DNA of 63,766 nucleotides, counting the filler. It is 4 parts of 4 records of this genome, joined end to end, with 100 filler letters (N's around TTAATTAATTAA, not from the genome) between each part and the next. Parts side by side here need not be neighbours in the genome. Positions count along the whole stretch, not along the records: positions 1 to 24,084 come from DRR723986_6600; 3 more parts are not named here. The stretch is one strand, 5' to 3'. How positions within the stretch are numbered: the first letter of the stretch is position 1; each line of letters begins with the position of its first letter. The position numbers and the translations under genes are program-made. This document shows, piece by piece, positions 1 through 9,993 of the stretch. The notes below the pieces were generated by a model. The model did no database searches and was not told the origin of the DNA. It was given only the letters and a program-made list of their open reading frames with translations.

Positions 1-42
1 AATGACCTCGCGCAGCGGGGGAAGGGTATCAATGGCGCTCAT
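1..42 (-). CDS. rsmA: 16S rRNA m6,2A dimethyltransferase RsmA/KsgA, 5' end only (runs off window)
   Basis: Reverse complement of 1-42 reads ATG AGC GCC ATT GAT ACC CTT CCC CCG CTG CGC GAG GTC ATT = MSAIDTLPPLREVI, the typical alphaproteobacterial KsgA N-terminus; expected position downstream of lptD-surA. Not in the ORF track. Confidence 0.8.
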   Translation of the reverse strand, partial: MSAIDTLPPLREVI

Positions 43-256
43 ACCTTGAGGTGTAGTGTGTGCCATAGGGCAAGCACCAGTGAATTAGTGTGCTTGGCGC
101 GATCTTTTCGGCAGAAATGTGGAATAATAACGCGCATGACCTCGGGGTATACGCAACAACCAGCACGCAGGCTCTTTGGCAACCTGCTGATCGCGCAAGC
201 CCTCGCTGAGCGAGGGCGTTGGTAAACGCGCCCGGGATGGCCGCGTTTTGTATGTC

Positions 257-1510
257 TTATTCGGACGTTATGACCGCGTCAGCGCGCAGCCGCTCCAGCA
301 GGCTTGTCGCAAAGGATTCAAGGCGACGCTGAGTCAGCGCATTCGCAATATCCTGACGCGAGGTATCCTCGCCCAACTCTTGCGTCCGACCACAGAGCAT
401 CAAGAACACCATGGTTTGCCCGTTGTTGCGGGTCAGCGTTGTTGAGATTTCGTTTGGATCAAGCTTGGCCAGTTCAAGCGAAATATCTTTTGGAATTTCA
501 GATGGTTTGACGGTGACACGATCAAGCGCCTGTTCTGGCTGGCCTTTGGCGATGCCATACAAGTCATCACAGCTGTCTACCCTCTGACGCAATTCGTGCG
601 CCAAAGATTGCGCTTCTGGGCTGCGCCCACCGGGCAAATAGTAGGCGGCGTATTCAATTGTCGCGTATTTTGGGGGGCCACCAGCGACCTCTTGCAGGCC
701 GCGCATCTGGAACAAAGCCACCGCATTCGGCAGAGAAATCGGAGCCGTAATCTCGCCGGGGTTCAGCGCCAAAATGACGGGCTGCAAGCTGGGCGGCAGA
801 CTGCCCACAGACAGCCAGTCCATCCGTCCTCCATTGCGTTTGGTGTCTGAAGCTGAATATTGCGTCGCTGCGGATGAAAAGGCATCGTAAGATTTTAATC
901 CTGAGATGTCCTGCGCAAGCTGATCAACCTGATCCAATGTTTGCGGCGTGACTGGAATGATGATCTCGGACAAAAGAACCCGCAATCCCCCACCACCGGA
1001 TTGACCCAAGGCCCGGTCGATTTCTTCGTCTGTTGGGCGGGCGCGAGACAGGAACCGGGCCGAAATGTAATCGCGCCAGGACAGCTGATTGCCAACAAAG
1101 TCGCGAACGGTTTCCGCTGAAATACCCGCTTGTCCAACCGCTTTCAGAAATTCCTCAGCAGACATTTGACCACGGGCTGCGAATTCATCGATCCCCAGCT
1201 GGACGTCTTCGGGCGCGATGGCAAAGTCAACATCGGCCAGAATTTGTCGCTTAAGGCTCTCATCAATCAGGGTTTTGCGCGCTTCTTTTTCGGCGTCACC
1301 CGGGATCCGCAAAATTTCCATGAACAGGATTCGCTGCTCAAGCTCATAGCGGGTGATCACATCCTGATTGACCCGTATGGCTGGTGCAAACAACCCCTGT
1401 GCATAGCTTGGGGCTGCGGGAACGGCCAATGTGCTCGCCAAGGCAAGTGCCGTGGCCGATTTAAGCAGACGGGACATCGGTCGGGTCAAGGGAGTCAGGA
1501 TTTTCTGCAT
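257..1510 (-). CDS. surA: SurA-type periplasmic chaperone/peptidylprolyl isomerase
   Basis: Signal peptide, SurA N-domain (AIRVNQDVITRYELEQR), parvulin-like segment (SAATQYSAS..NGGRMDW); directly downstream of lptD. Confidence 0.9.
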   Translation of the reverse strand: MQKILTPLTRPMSRLLKSATALALASTLAVPAAPSYAQGLFAPAIRVNQDVITRYELEQRILFMEILRIPGDAEKEARKTLIDESLKRQILADVDFAIAPEDVQLGIDEFAARGQMSAEEFLKAVGQAGISAETVRDFVGNQLSWRDYISARFLSRARPTDEEIDRALGQSGGGGLRVLLSEIIIPVTPQTLDQVDQLAQDISGLKSYDAFSSAATQYSASDTKRNGGRMDWLSVGSLPPSLQPVILALNPGEITAPISLPNAVALFQMRGLQEVAGGPPKYATIEYAAYYLPGGRSPEAQSLAHELRQRVDSCDDLYGIAKGQPEQALDRVTVKPSEIPKDISLELAKLDPNEISTTLTRNNGQTMVFLMLCGRTQELGEDTSRQDIANALTQRRLESFATSLLERLRADAVITSE

Positions 1511-3663
1511 GATCGCCTGTATTCTTTGTTTCCGCTCTGGACGGCAAAACCGTTCAACGCAATGGTAAAGCCGAAATCGGTGGAGGGCTCAATACTTGTC
1601 GTTGAGGTGTAACGCCGGTTCAGTGAAATGTTAACCGTGACACATTCGTTTTGATAGACTAGGCCGACTCCGGCCCAAGTCGCACGAGAGTCTTCGATGT
1701 CGTACCGCAGATTGGCGTTGGCCTTCCAATTTGGGGTGACTTGATAGCCACCATCAAACCAGAATTCAGATACTGCCAACGTTCTGTTCTCCTGTGGGTC
1801 TCGGCCAAGCCACAGATAGCTTCCGCTCAGGTTTGACCGGGTTCCTGTCCATTCGCCGCGCACTTCGGCCTTGGAAAAATTCAACGAGTTGTTGACCAAG
1901 CCGCGTGCGGTCAGGGCCAGTTTTTCGTCCAACCGCAACTGCCCAGCCAGCAGAATATCCGATGATGTGCCGCTCAGGCCGGACGTTTTCGAAAATTCAG
2001 TAATGCTCTTTTGCCGAAATATCTGTCCAACAGTCGCAAAGGCCTGCCATTTTGCGGCGGAATATCCGGCCCAATTGAGGCCAACCACTGCTGCAGCTCC
2101 GTCTTCACGTCGGTCAGGGGCTGGAAACCGCGACAGCGACAGCAGATTTCCCTGATCAAATTCGACATAATTGCTTTCGTCGTTTGGCACATCCGCGTTC
2201 GATGTGTTGGACCAGCCCATTTGAAAAATGGGTTCAATGAAGTGGGTCATGCCAGCCCCAAAGCTGCGCGTCATCGGGTATCGCAAAGTCAGTGCTGCCC
2301 GTGGCGTCGACCGGGTCGAGCTTGAGGGATAGGTGCTATCGTCTGACACCCCTGTTTTGTCGATGGAAGCGCCCATTTCCAAATCAACACGCAGCCCGTG
2401 TGCAAAAGTCCAGTTGCGCAACCATTCTGCATCCGCTGTAAAGCGGGTCACATCACGGCCCAAGATGTCTGTGTTTGCTGTCCGCTGATGTCCATGCAGG
2501 TCTAGGTTTAGCCTGACCTCTCCACCGATACTGGTGGGGAACAGGCGCTTTTCATAGCCAACATCGATAATGTTAGACGGGATCTGATCTTCGTTTTCAC
2601 TGTCACGCAGGGTTTCATAGTGAATGACACTTGCACGGAATGCGCTGTCCCGTTTGACCCGTGAAACGGCGACCTCACTGCGCAACCGGTCGAGGTTGGG
2701 CAGCCCATAGTCGACCAGATACGCATTGTCCGAGACCGTTCTCAGATCGAATTCGAATTTGAAACTGTTGGCGAGATCGAAATCACCTGTCGCATAGAAA
2801 AAGCCGCGATCTTCGTTGGGATAAAGGTCATCGCGCGTGTAAGCGCCCAACAGCTCAATCCGCCCACGCCGGAACGCCTGCCGAAAGCGGAAATCCAGCG
2901 TTTTGGTTTTCGACGAGATATAGGGCGTAACCGTCAAATCCCGGTGATCACCCAGCTTAAAGAAATAGGGAACTTTGATACCGGTTCCCAATTGCGACGT
3001 TGTGCGCAGCGATGGGATCAGAAACCCAGAGGCCCGTTTCAAGTTCGGGTCCGGCAGCCGCATCCCCGGCAAATAGAAAATCGGCACATCCAGCACACGG
3101 AACTGCGCGTTTTCAAAATAAAGCTGTTGTTCCAGTTGATCGTGGGTGACCTTTGCTGCCCGGATCTGCCAAAGTGGCGGTTTTCCGTTTTCGCAGATAT
3201 GACAAGAGGTTACGGACGTTTTGTAAAGTTGAGAGTAACGCCCCCCAACGCGCGTCATTTGCAGCGCTGCCAATTGCAGCTGCTGATCAAACACAACCCG
3301 CGCGCCGGACAGAATGCCGTTCTGAAGCCCTTCGTCTAGCTCTGCAGAATTGGCCAGAACGGTAACGGTTCCACCTTGGTCAATCCGAATGGGACCGGTG
3401 ATTGTCAGCTTGCCACTCTCGCGATCAAAAACGATCTCTCGGGCGCGCAAACGGATGTCGCCCTGAAACGCTTCGACATTCCCTTTGGCGATCAATTGAC
3501 GATCAGGGGTGATAAAGACGGAGTCGGCGACCAGCATCGCTGGGGGTTGCGCGGTCTCAGCAGACCCATTGGGCGACACGGTTTGTACGGATTGGGCGCT
3601 TAGTGGGGCGGACAGCCCCAACAGACACACGCCAGACAAGAGAAGAGACGCAATTTGGCGCAT
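1495..3663 (-). CDS. lptD: LPS-assembly outer-membrane protein LptD
   Basis: OstA-like N-domain, TSCHICE and KRASGFLIP motifs, beta-barrel C-half. Start moved to ATG 3663 (MRQIAS), overlapping the lptG stop as TGATG. Confidence 0.93.
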   Translation of the reverse strand: MRQIASLLLSGVCLLGLSAPLSAQSVQTVSPNGSAETAQPPAMLVADSVFITPDRQLIAKGNVEAFQGDIRLRAREIVFDRESGKLTITGPIRIDQGGTVTVLANSAELDEGLQNGILSGARVVFDQQLQLAALQMTRVGGRYSQLYKTSVTSCHICENGKPPLWQIRAAKVTHDQLEQQLYFENAQFRVLDVPIFYLPGMRLPDPNLKRASGFLIPSLRTTSQLGTGIKVPYFFKLGDHRDLTVTPYISSKTKTLDFRFRQAFRRGRIELLGAYTRDDLYPNEDRGFFYATGDFDLANSFKFEFDLRTVSDNAYLVDYGLPNLDRLRSEVAVSRVKRDSAFRASVIHYETLRDSENEDQIPSNIIDVGYEKRLFPTSIGGEVRLNLDLHGHQRTANTDILGRDVTRFTADAEWLRNWTFAHGLRVDLEMGASIDKTGVSDDSTYPSSSTRSTPRAALTLRYPMTRSFGAGMTHFIEPIFQMGWSNTSNADVPNDESNYVEFDQGNLLSLSRFPAPDRREDGAAAVVGLNWAGYSAAKWQAFATVGQIFRQKSITEFSKTSGLSGTSSDILLAGQLRLDEKLALTARGLVNNSLNFSKAEVRGEWTGTRSNLSGSYLWLGRDPQENRTLAVSEFWFDGGYQVTPNWKANANLRYDIEDSRATWAGVGLVYQNECVTVNISLNRRYTSTTSIEPSTDFGFTIALNGFAVQSGNKEYRRSCRKS

Positions 3664-4760
3664 CAGCCATCCTCCGCATGGAGCAGTAACCCGAGGGTCA
3701 GCATTATCGCAGCCGCCGGTGGGGCCCAAGCTGCAAGAGCCACCGGGATTTGCCCATTTTCACCCAGAATCTGCGCAAAGTTTCTAACGAAATAGAGCGT
3801 AAAGCCCAAAAGCACAGCAGCCAAAACAGCCAACCCCGTGCCCCCAAACCGCGTGTGGCGCATGGTAAAGGCGGCCCCGACAAGCACCATCGAGACAAGG
3901 AACAAGGGGCGCGCCAGTTCAACCTGAAACCAGACCTGATGTTGTTTGGTCGAAAACCCAGCCTGTTCGAGCTGGCGGATCATGTTGGGCAGATCATAGA
4001 TCGAAATGCTTTCACGACGGCCCAGGCTGTCATGGATGCGTTCGCGAGTAAGGGTCGTTGGAATCTTAAGTGTGTCATGTGTCGTCGCTGCTGATTCTGT
4101 GTTGGTACCGGTGTTCAGGGGCCAGACTTTGACCGTTTTCAGAACCCAATTGTCGTCCTGCAACTGTGCGCTTTCAGCCGTTATCTGACGAATTGGTCCC
4201 CCATTCGGCGCATAGCTTAGGATACTAACGCCGAACAAAGTGATACCATCGCCGCCAAACCCAGTTGCGTGAATAACAGATTGCCCTTCAGGGCTTCCTT
4301 GGCGCAGCCACAGCCCCTCACCACTGAGCGATAAAACCGATGGTCCACCCGTTCGATAGGTATCGGCTAACTCTTGGTATCGTTTTGATGTTGCAGCAAC
4401 AATCGGGTTCAACGTGGTGACGGCCAGACCGCCAATAATCGACGCTACAAAGATTGGCGCAGCAAGCGCCCTGATGCCGGATCGACCAATGGCACGTGTC
4501 ACAACCAATTCGGAACTGCGCGCCATGCCCACGAACAACACGATGGTCGAGAGAATCATCAAAAGCGGCAGGATCTCACTGATCGCAGCCGGGGCGTTTA
4601 GCAGCGTCAGGCCAAACAACTGCCCAAAGGAAACATCCACCCCTTCAAACCGGCGCAGCTGTTCGATCAGGTCAATCAACAGGATCAGCGTTAAGAAAAC
4701 GGCCCCAATGACAAGAAAGCTCTGCAAATAGCGACGGGCGAAATAACGATCCAGAATCAT
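3663..4760 (-). CDS. lptG: LPS export ABC permease LptG
   Basis: MILDRYFARRY start, SSELVVTRAIGRS and GLWLRQG motifs, 6-TM layout; lptF-lptG-lptD order. Confidence 0.92.
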   Translation of the reverse strand: MILDRYFARRYLQSFLVIGAVFLTLILLIDLIEQLRRFEGVDVSFGQLFGLTLLNAPAAISEILPLLMILSTIVLFVGMARSSELVVTRAIGRSGIRALAAPIFVASIIGGLAVTTLNPIVAATSKRYQELADTYRTGGPSVLSLSGEGLWLRQGSPEGQSVIHATGFGGDGITLFGVSILSYAPNGGPIRQITAESAQLQDDNWVLKTVKVWPLNTGTNTESAATTHDTLKIPTTLTRERIHDSLGRRESISIYDLPNMIRQLEQAGFSTKQHQVWFQVELARPLFLVSMVLVGAAFTMRHTRFGGTGLAVLAAVLLGFTLYFVRNFAQILGENGQIPVALAAWAPPAAAIMLTLGLLLHAEDG

Positions 4761-5893
4761 GAAACATCCCCAACTTTTGCTCTACGTCGCCAAAGCACAG
4801 ACAAGGGCCGCGAGGAAAACTGGATAAAGAGTGCGGCAATAATAATCCCCAAGACCGTAGGCAGGTATATGAGGGGCCACAGATCAGGGTTCTCTAGGAC
4901 TGGATCGGCTACAAGACCGCGCAGCACCTCGAGGAACACCAGAATAACAAACGCCACCATGGCTTGCCGCCAAACCCCAAATCGCGAAAACGATCCCAGC
5001 AGCAGGGCAGAATATCCGATCAACGTGACAGCCACACAAATGAGCGCCCGCGCGAATCTCAGGTGCAGCTCATCCGCGATTTGTCCCGCCGAATAGCCAT
5101 CTCGTTCCGAGACCTGAAGACCCGCGTTGATCATTTCGAGGGTTGGGATCGCCCGAATATTGCGGGTTCCGTCTTTGGTCTTTTTGATCAAGGAACTGAT
5201 ATCATAAGAAAAATCAGCAAAAACTGTTGTCGACAGGGTTTTGTTATTCTGATCAAGGCTTTGCGCAAGACCGTCGACCATGATCAGATTGCTCTGATCG
5301 CCGTCTCGGACAAGAAACGCCTTGGACCCAGTATATATAACGCTTTGCTTTGGGTTACGGCGATCGGACAGGAACACATCGTTCAGGGTGCCATCCGCAT
5401 CAATCTGACGAATGTAGAATGTGACGCCAGACGCGGGGTGCAAAAAGTTGCCTTCGCTTAACAGGCGCGCGGTCACGTTGCGCGCCACTTCTGCTTCGCG
5501 CACGGCCAGCTGCTTGATCGAGGCGGGCAACAGAACATGAGTTAGCATGCTCATCATCGCGGCGGCGATCAGGCCAAACACAAAGACCGGACGCGCCAAC
5601 CGCCAAGGGCTGGACCCGGTGGCCTGCATGACTGTCAGTTCGCTGTCATTTTTCAACCGATTGGTGACAAAGACCGACGCTGCAAAAGCCGCAATCGGCA
5701 ATACCATTCGGATGAGATTCGGCAGGGTCAATGCGGTGAATTCCAGAAACACAAACGCCGACTGACCATCGCCAATCAGCTTGTCGAACAGGACAACCGC
5801 CCGGTTAATCCAGAACACAGCAACAAGAATCAGTGCAAAAAAGCCGAAGAACAGCAGAAATTGCGACAGGACGTATCTGTCGTATCGTGACAC
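4757..5893 (-). CDS. lptF: LPS export ABC permease LptF
   Basis: DRYVL..., DSELTVMQATGSSPWRLARP motif; probable GTG start at 5893; divergent from pepA as usual. Confidence 0.92.
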   Translation of the reverse strand: MSRYDRYVLSQFLLFFGFFALILVAVFWINRAVVLFDKLIGDGQSAFVFLEFTALTLPNLIRMVLPIAAFAASVFVTNRLKNDSELTVMQATGSSPWRLARPVFVFGLIAAAMMSMLTHVLLPASIKQLAVREAEVARNVTARLLSEGNFLHPASGVTFYIRQIDADGTLNDVFLSDRRNPKQSVIYTGSKAFLVRDGDQSNLIMVDGLAQSLDQNNKTLSTTVFADFSYDISSLIKKTKDGTRNIRAIPTLEMINAGLQVSERDGYSAGQIADELHLRFARALICVAVTLIGYSALLLGSFSRFGVWRQAMVAFVILVFLEVLRGLVADPVLENPDLWPLIYLPTVLGIIIAALFIQFSSRPLSVLWRRRAKVGDVS

Positions 5894-6028
5894 TGCGATC
5901 CCCCCGGAGCCTGCCAAATTATTTTCGGTGACCTTAGTCGAATTGATCGCCGGGGAAAACTGCTATCTGGTCAATATGCAGTAGTCACGCTACCTGTTTG
6001 TAAACCACATGTTGAGGAACCCCATAAA

Positions 6029-7495
6029 ATGAGCAGCCTGACCCCGATCCGTTTTCAGCCCACAGACTTGGATACGATGGCCACCGCTGAGGGCCGTGTT
6101 GCCGTCATCATCCCACCCGAGGGGAAAATGGATCCGGCTGCCCGGCGAGCGAACCGGCTAACCAAAGGCGCTGTTGCGCGCTTGGTCGAGAGCGAAAAGT
6201 TCGCCAAAGCCAAGTCAGGACAGGTGATTACGCTTGCGTGGCCCGCAGGTATGGCCACCGAAGCGTTGGACATTTTGGTGCTGTCACGTCGTGCCGACGC
6301 GGCTGAGGCGCGCAAAGCGGGCGCCTCTCTGGCCAAGCTACAGGGCGTTGCACCGCTACATCTGATGGCCGGCGGCCAGAACCGCGCTGAACAGGTCGCC
6401 TTGGGAATCGCTCTGCGGAACTATCGCTTTGATGCGCATAAAACTGCCGACGCTGAAACTGCAGGTGATGTGGTAATCTCGCACACCAAGTCTGACGAGA
6501 TCGCCGAAGCCTACGCCCCACTGCAAGCGGTGGCCGAGGGTGTGCATATGACGCGGGATCTGGTCAACGAACCCGCCAACATCCTGACCACCACTGATTT
6601 CGCCAATCGATTGGCCGAAATGGAATCACTGGGTCTCAAGGTCGAAGTGCTGGAAGAAGACGCTTTGGCGGAACTGGGCATGCGAACCTTGCTCAGCGTG
6701 GGGCAGGGCTCTGTTAGCCCTTCCAAAGTTGTGGTGATGAAATGGGACGGTGGTGAAAAAGACGCGGCTCCGCTGGCTTTGGTTGGCAAGGGCGTTGTGT
6801 TTGACACTGGCGGCATCTCACTGAAACCAGCCGGTGGCATGGAAGAGATGACCATGGACATGGGCGGCGCTGGTGTGGTTGCCGGAACCATGCGCGCGCT
6901 GGCGTTGCGCAAGGCAAAGGCCAATGTTGTCGGTCTCGTTGGGTTGGTTGAAAACATGCCCTCAGGCGAAGCGACTCGCCCCGGCGACGTTGTGAAATCC
7001 ATGAAGGGTGACACGGTTGAAATCATCAACACAGACGCCGAAGGGCGTTTGGTCCTGTGTGACGTGATGTGGTACGCGCAAGAGCGGTTCAAACCAGCAG
7101 GCATGATTGATCTGGCGACCCTGACCGGCGCGATCATCATCGGTCTGGGGCACGACAATGCAGGCGTATTTTCCAACGACGACGCCCTGTGCAATGCCTT
7201 CCTAAAAGCCGCGAGTGCCGAAGACGAAGGCGCATGGCGGATGCCCTTGGGCAAAGGCTATGACGATCTGCTGAAATCACGCATCGCAGACATGAAAAAC
7301 ATCGGCGGACGTCCGGCAGGTTCGATCACAGCGGCGCAATTCTTGCAGCGGTTCGTCAAAGAAGGCACTCCGTGGATCCATCTGGATATTGCCGGTGTTG
7401 CTTTGCTGTCCGGCGAGTCCAGCTATGCGCCCAAAGGGGCGACCGGTTGGGGGGTGCGCGCACTCAGCCGTCTGGTGCAGGACCACTTTGAGTAA
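6029..7495 (+). CDS. pepA: Leucyl aminopeptidase (M17)
   Basis: GKGVVFDTGGISLKP, MDMGGAG, NTDAEGRL and HLDIAG motifs. Confidence 0.96.
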   Translation: MSSLTPIRFQPTDLDTMATAEGRVAVIIPPEGKMDPAARRANRLTKGAVARLVESEKFAKAKSGQVITLAWPAGMATEALDILVLSRRADAAEARKAGASLAKLQGVAPLHLMAGGQNRAEQVALGIALRNYRFDAHKTADAETAGDVVISHTKSDEIAEAYAPLQAVAEGVHMTRDLVNEPANILTTTDFANRLAEMESLGLKVEVLEEDALAELGMRTLLSVGQGSVSPSKVVVMKWDGGEKDAAPLALVGKGVVFDTGGISLKPAGGMEEMTMDMGGAGVVAGTMRALALRKAKANVVGLVGLVENMPSGEATRPGDVVKSMKGDTVEIINTDAEGRLVLCDVMWYAQERFKPAGMIDLATLTGAIIIGLGHDNAGVFSNDDALCNAFLKAASAEDEGAWRMPLGKGYDDLLKSRIADMKNIGGRPAGSITAAQFLQRFVKEGTPWIHLDIAGVALLSGESSYAPKGATGWGVRALSRLVQDHFE

Positions 7496-7500
7496 AACCC

Positions 7501-7959
7501 ATGGGAGCCGCTTATTTCTATCATCTGACGCGCGGACCGCTTGAGGAGACCTTGCCGGTCCTCTTGGGCAAAGCCCGTCAGGCCGGTTGGCGCATTGCCG
7601 TGCGGGGCACAGATCCGCAGCATTTGGCGTGGTTGGATGAGCGGCTTTGGCAGGGACCCGAAGACGCGTTCCTGCCGCACGGTTTGGCCGGTGGTCCGCA
7701 TGATTTGGATCAGCCGATCCTTTTGACCACATCAGCGCAGGCCACCAACAATGCGACCTGTGTCATGGCCGTTGTTGGCGCTGTTGTGTCGTCCGAAGAG
7801 GTGAAAACCCTAGATCGCGTTTGCATTCTGTTCGATGGCACGGATCCCGAAGCAGTCCAGCACGCCCGCACACAGTGGAAATCGCTGACGGATGCGGGAT
7901 GTTCGGCCCAATATTGGTCCGAGGAATCGGGCCGATGGGAGAAGAAGGCCGAGGTCTAA
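7501..7959 (+). CDS. holC: DNA polymerase III subunit chi
   Basis: FYHLT, LDERLW..FLPHG and ARTQWK motifs; follows pepA. Confidence 0.93.
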   Translation: MGAAYFYHLTRGPLEETLPVLLGKARQAGWRIAVRGTDPQHLAWLDERLWQGPEDAFLPHGLAGGPHDLDQPILLTTSAQATNNATCVMAVVGAVVSSEEVKTLDRVCILFDGTDPEAVQHARTQWKSLTDAGCSAQYWSEESGRWEKKAEV

Positions 7960-8230
7960 GCGTGCGCTTGATGGCCACGACGTTCCAAAATTCCGGTTGA
8001 ACTGCATGATGTGGCACACGCCTTTGAATTGAAGGGAGTTTCTCCATCCCTGCAATTGTTCGATATTGAATGATTCCTTTTATCAGTTACTTAAGCGCGA
8101 AATAGACGCGCAATTGATGCCATTCCCCCTGAAATCAGCAAAAACAAGTCAGGGACAGGCAACGTAAAAACTATTGCAAAAGTTGATCTTTTTCCTTTTA
8201 ATTGAGGGCCTTCTTTTTAGGGAGGTCTTT

Positions 8231-8710
8231 ATGAATATTCTAAACAGATGTGAAAGAACTATTCTGAGTGCTGCATTGGCAGGGTCGATTGCCTTGTCTT
8301 CATGCGGATTTGACGAGCACGGTAACCCAAGATTTTGCCAAGCAAGACCTGATTTCTGTGCTGTTGTAGCCTTTGTTTTGATTGCGGGTATCATGGCGGC
8401 GTCGAGCAGCGGCGCGGGGATGCTCTATTACCCCAGTGTCTCAGACTCGCGGCTCAAAACAGATGTCACATATCTTGAAACTTTGGACAACGGGATCCGG
8501 ATCTACGCCTTCCGCTATAAAGGGCAGACCGAAGGTTTCGTTGGCGTGATGGCTGACGACCTGTTGAAGGATCCAAGATATGCGCATGCAGTCACGCAGG
8601 GACCCAATGGTTTCCTAGTGGTTGATTACGGGCAGTTACCTGTCCAGTTGTCCAACTACAAAGCGATGGTTTCGGCAAGCGACAAAGTATTGAGCCAGTT
8701 CGAAGGATAA
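8231..8710 (+). CDS. Small putative lipoprotein with C-terminal peptidase S74 / intramolecular-chaperone ('tail fiber') domain
   Basis: GGAGG RBS at 8221, ATG 8231; lipobox-like LSSC (Cys25); hydrophobic stretch; SDSRLK (8441-8458) followed by ..IYAFRY..VGVMA..VDY, the S74 autocleavage-chaperone pattern. Confidence 0.75.
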   Translation: MNILNRCERTILSAALAGSIALSSCGFDEHGNPRFCQARPDFCAVVAFVLIAGIMAASSSGAGMLYYPSVSDSRLKTDVTYLETLDNGIRIYAFRYKGQTEGFVGVMADDLLKDPRYAHAVTQGPNGFLVVDYGQLPVQLSNYKAMVSASDKVLSQFEG

Positions 8711-8751
8711 ATCGCCTAGCTCTAATTCGGCCGGATGCCTGAGGCACCAAA

Positions 8752-9333
8752 TCAGCGGCTCAGGATCATCTGGCCGTTTTGAAGCGAAAATGATTCAAAT
8801 CGGTTCAGGAAATCCATTCCTAAAAGCGACTGATCCAATTCCCCTTCGTTGACCCAGGCACTTACGTTGCGGTCTTGGAAGGGACCCAGAACAAGACTTT
8901 CAAGCTTTGTTGGCGCAGTGCGCACTTCGCCATTGGCGGTCAACGCCCGCCCGAAATAGTTGAGCTCTTTTAAATCGATGCCGATCTTTTCCGCATCTGC
9001 ATGGCTCAGGACAATCTGACTGGCGCCGGTATCGACCAGAAAATCCACCGGGGTGCCGTTCACTTTGAGCTGTAGGTAATAATGCCCGTCACGCGCACGG
9101 GGAACGGTGATGGCGTTTTCCGATGTGGTCATACGGGCAGAGGGGCTGACTGTGGTCCGGATATCTTCCCACAATCCCACCACGGCAATGACACCGACGA
9201 ATATGAACACCCAAGCCAATGCCTGCTGCATGGTTTTCCCCAAAGAGGCGCGGTTTTGCGTGACGAACCAAAACACCAAAGCTGCCGCCAACAGGCTCAG
9301 ATACATCAGCCGCGCTGTGTTTTCGCCGTCCAT
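8752..9333 (-). CDS. Membrane-anchored clan AA (retropepsin-like) aspartic protease, TIGR02281 type
   Basis: Two N-terminal TMs, DGHY, FLVDTGAS catalytic motif, SLLGMDFL. Confidence 0.9.
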   Translation of the reverse strand: MDGENTARLMYLSLLAAALVFWFVTQNRASLGKTMQQALAWVFIFVGVIAVVGLWEDIRTTVSPSARMTTSENAITVPRARDGHYYLQLKVNGTPVDFLVDTGASQIVLSHADAEKIGIDLKELNYFGRALTANGEVRTAPTKLESLVLGPFQDRNVSAWVNEGELDQSLLGMDFLNRFESFSLQNGQMILSR

Positions 9334-9372
9334 GTCTGCTCCTATTGAATGTGGTACTGGGGATATGGGGTG

Positions 9373-9993
9373 TCAGCCCGCAAAACCAAAGTCCCGCAAT
9401 CCACTTAGGATGAATTGCACCGACAATGCGGCCAACAACATGCCCAACAAACGGGTCATCACGTTCAAGCCAGTTTTTCCCAACAAACGCGCCAATACGC
9501 CCGACGACAGGTACAGCGCCAGAACCACAGCAACGACCGAAAACATAACGCCGATCACAATGGCTGTTCCCTGCAGACCGGGCGCTTGCCCGGCAAGCAG
9601 GATGATGGTGGCGATGGATCCGGGGCCAGCAATGAACGGAATCGCCAGCGGAAAGACCGACGGGTCGGTGTTCTCTTCCTCTTCCGCGTTGCTTTCGCGG
9701 CGTTTCGTGCGTCGTTCGAACAACATCTCTATCGCGGTGAGGAACAACAAAACCCCGCCAGCGACGCGAAAGGCGGGCATGGAAATGCCCACAAACCCCA
9801 GAACCGATTCCCCAAACGCCGTGAACATCGCCAGAATGACAGCGGCGGTCAGACAGGCCCGGATCGCCACGCCACGGCGTTTGGCGGGGTCCATCCCTTG
9901 GGTCAACGCCATAAAGATCGGCGCCTGACCTGGTGGGTCAATCACCACAAACAATGTGGTAAAGGCGGTGACCAGAAAGGCGTAGTCGATCAT
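9373..9993 (-). CDS. MarC family integral membrane protein
   Basis: LFVVIDP, FRVAGGVLLF, PLAIPFIAGPG and TRLLGMLLAA motifs. Confidence 0.92.
   Translation of the reverse strand: MIDYAFLVTAFTTLFVVIDPPGQAPIFMALTQGMDPAKRRGVAIRACLTAAVILAMFTAFGESVLGFVGISMPAFRVAGGVLLFLTAIEMLFERRTKRRESNAEEEENTDPSVFPLAIPFIAGPGSIATIILLAGQAPGLQGTAIVIGVMFSVVAVVLALYLSSGVLARLLGKTGLNVMTRLLGMLLAALSVQFILSGLRDFGFAG

Noticed and set aside
40-140. Short minus-strand frame ending ...TNSLVLALWHTLHLKV* overlapping the rsmA start, as a pdxA C-terminal remnant
   Set aside because: Only faint resemblance; the diagnostic RTSPDHGTA motif is absent, so a pseudogene call is unsupported.
8231-8710. Prophage call based on the 'tail fiber' domain
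   Set aside because: No other phage genes, integrase or att sites; both flanks are housekeeping.
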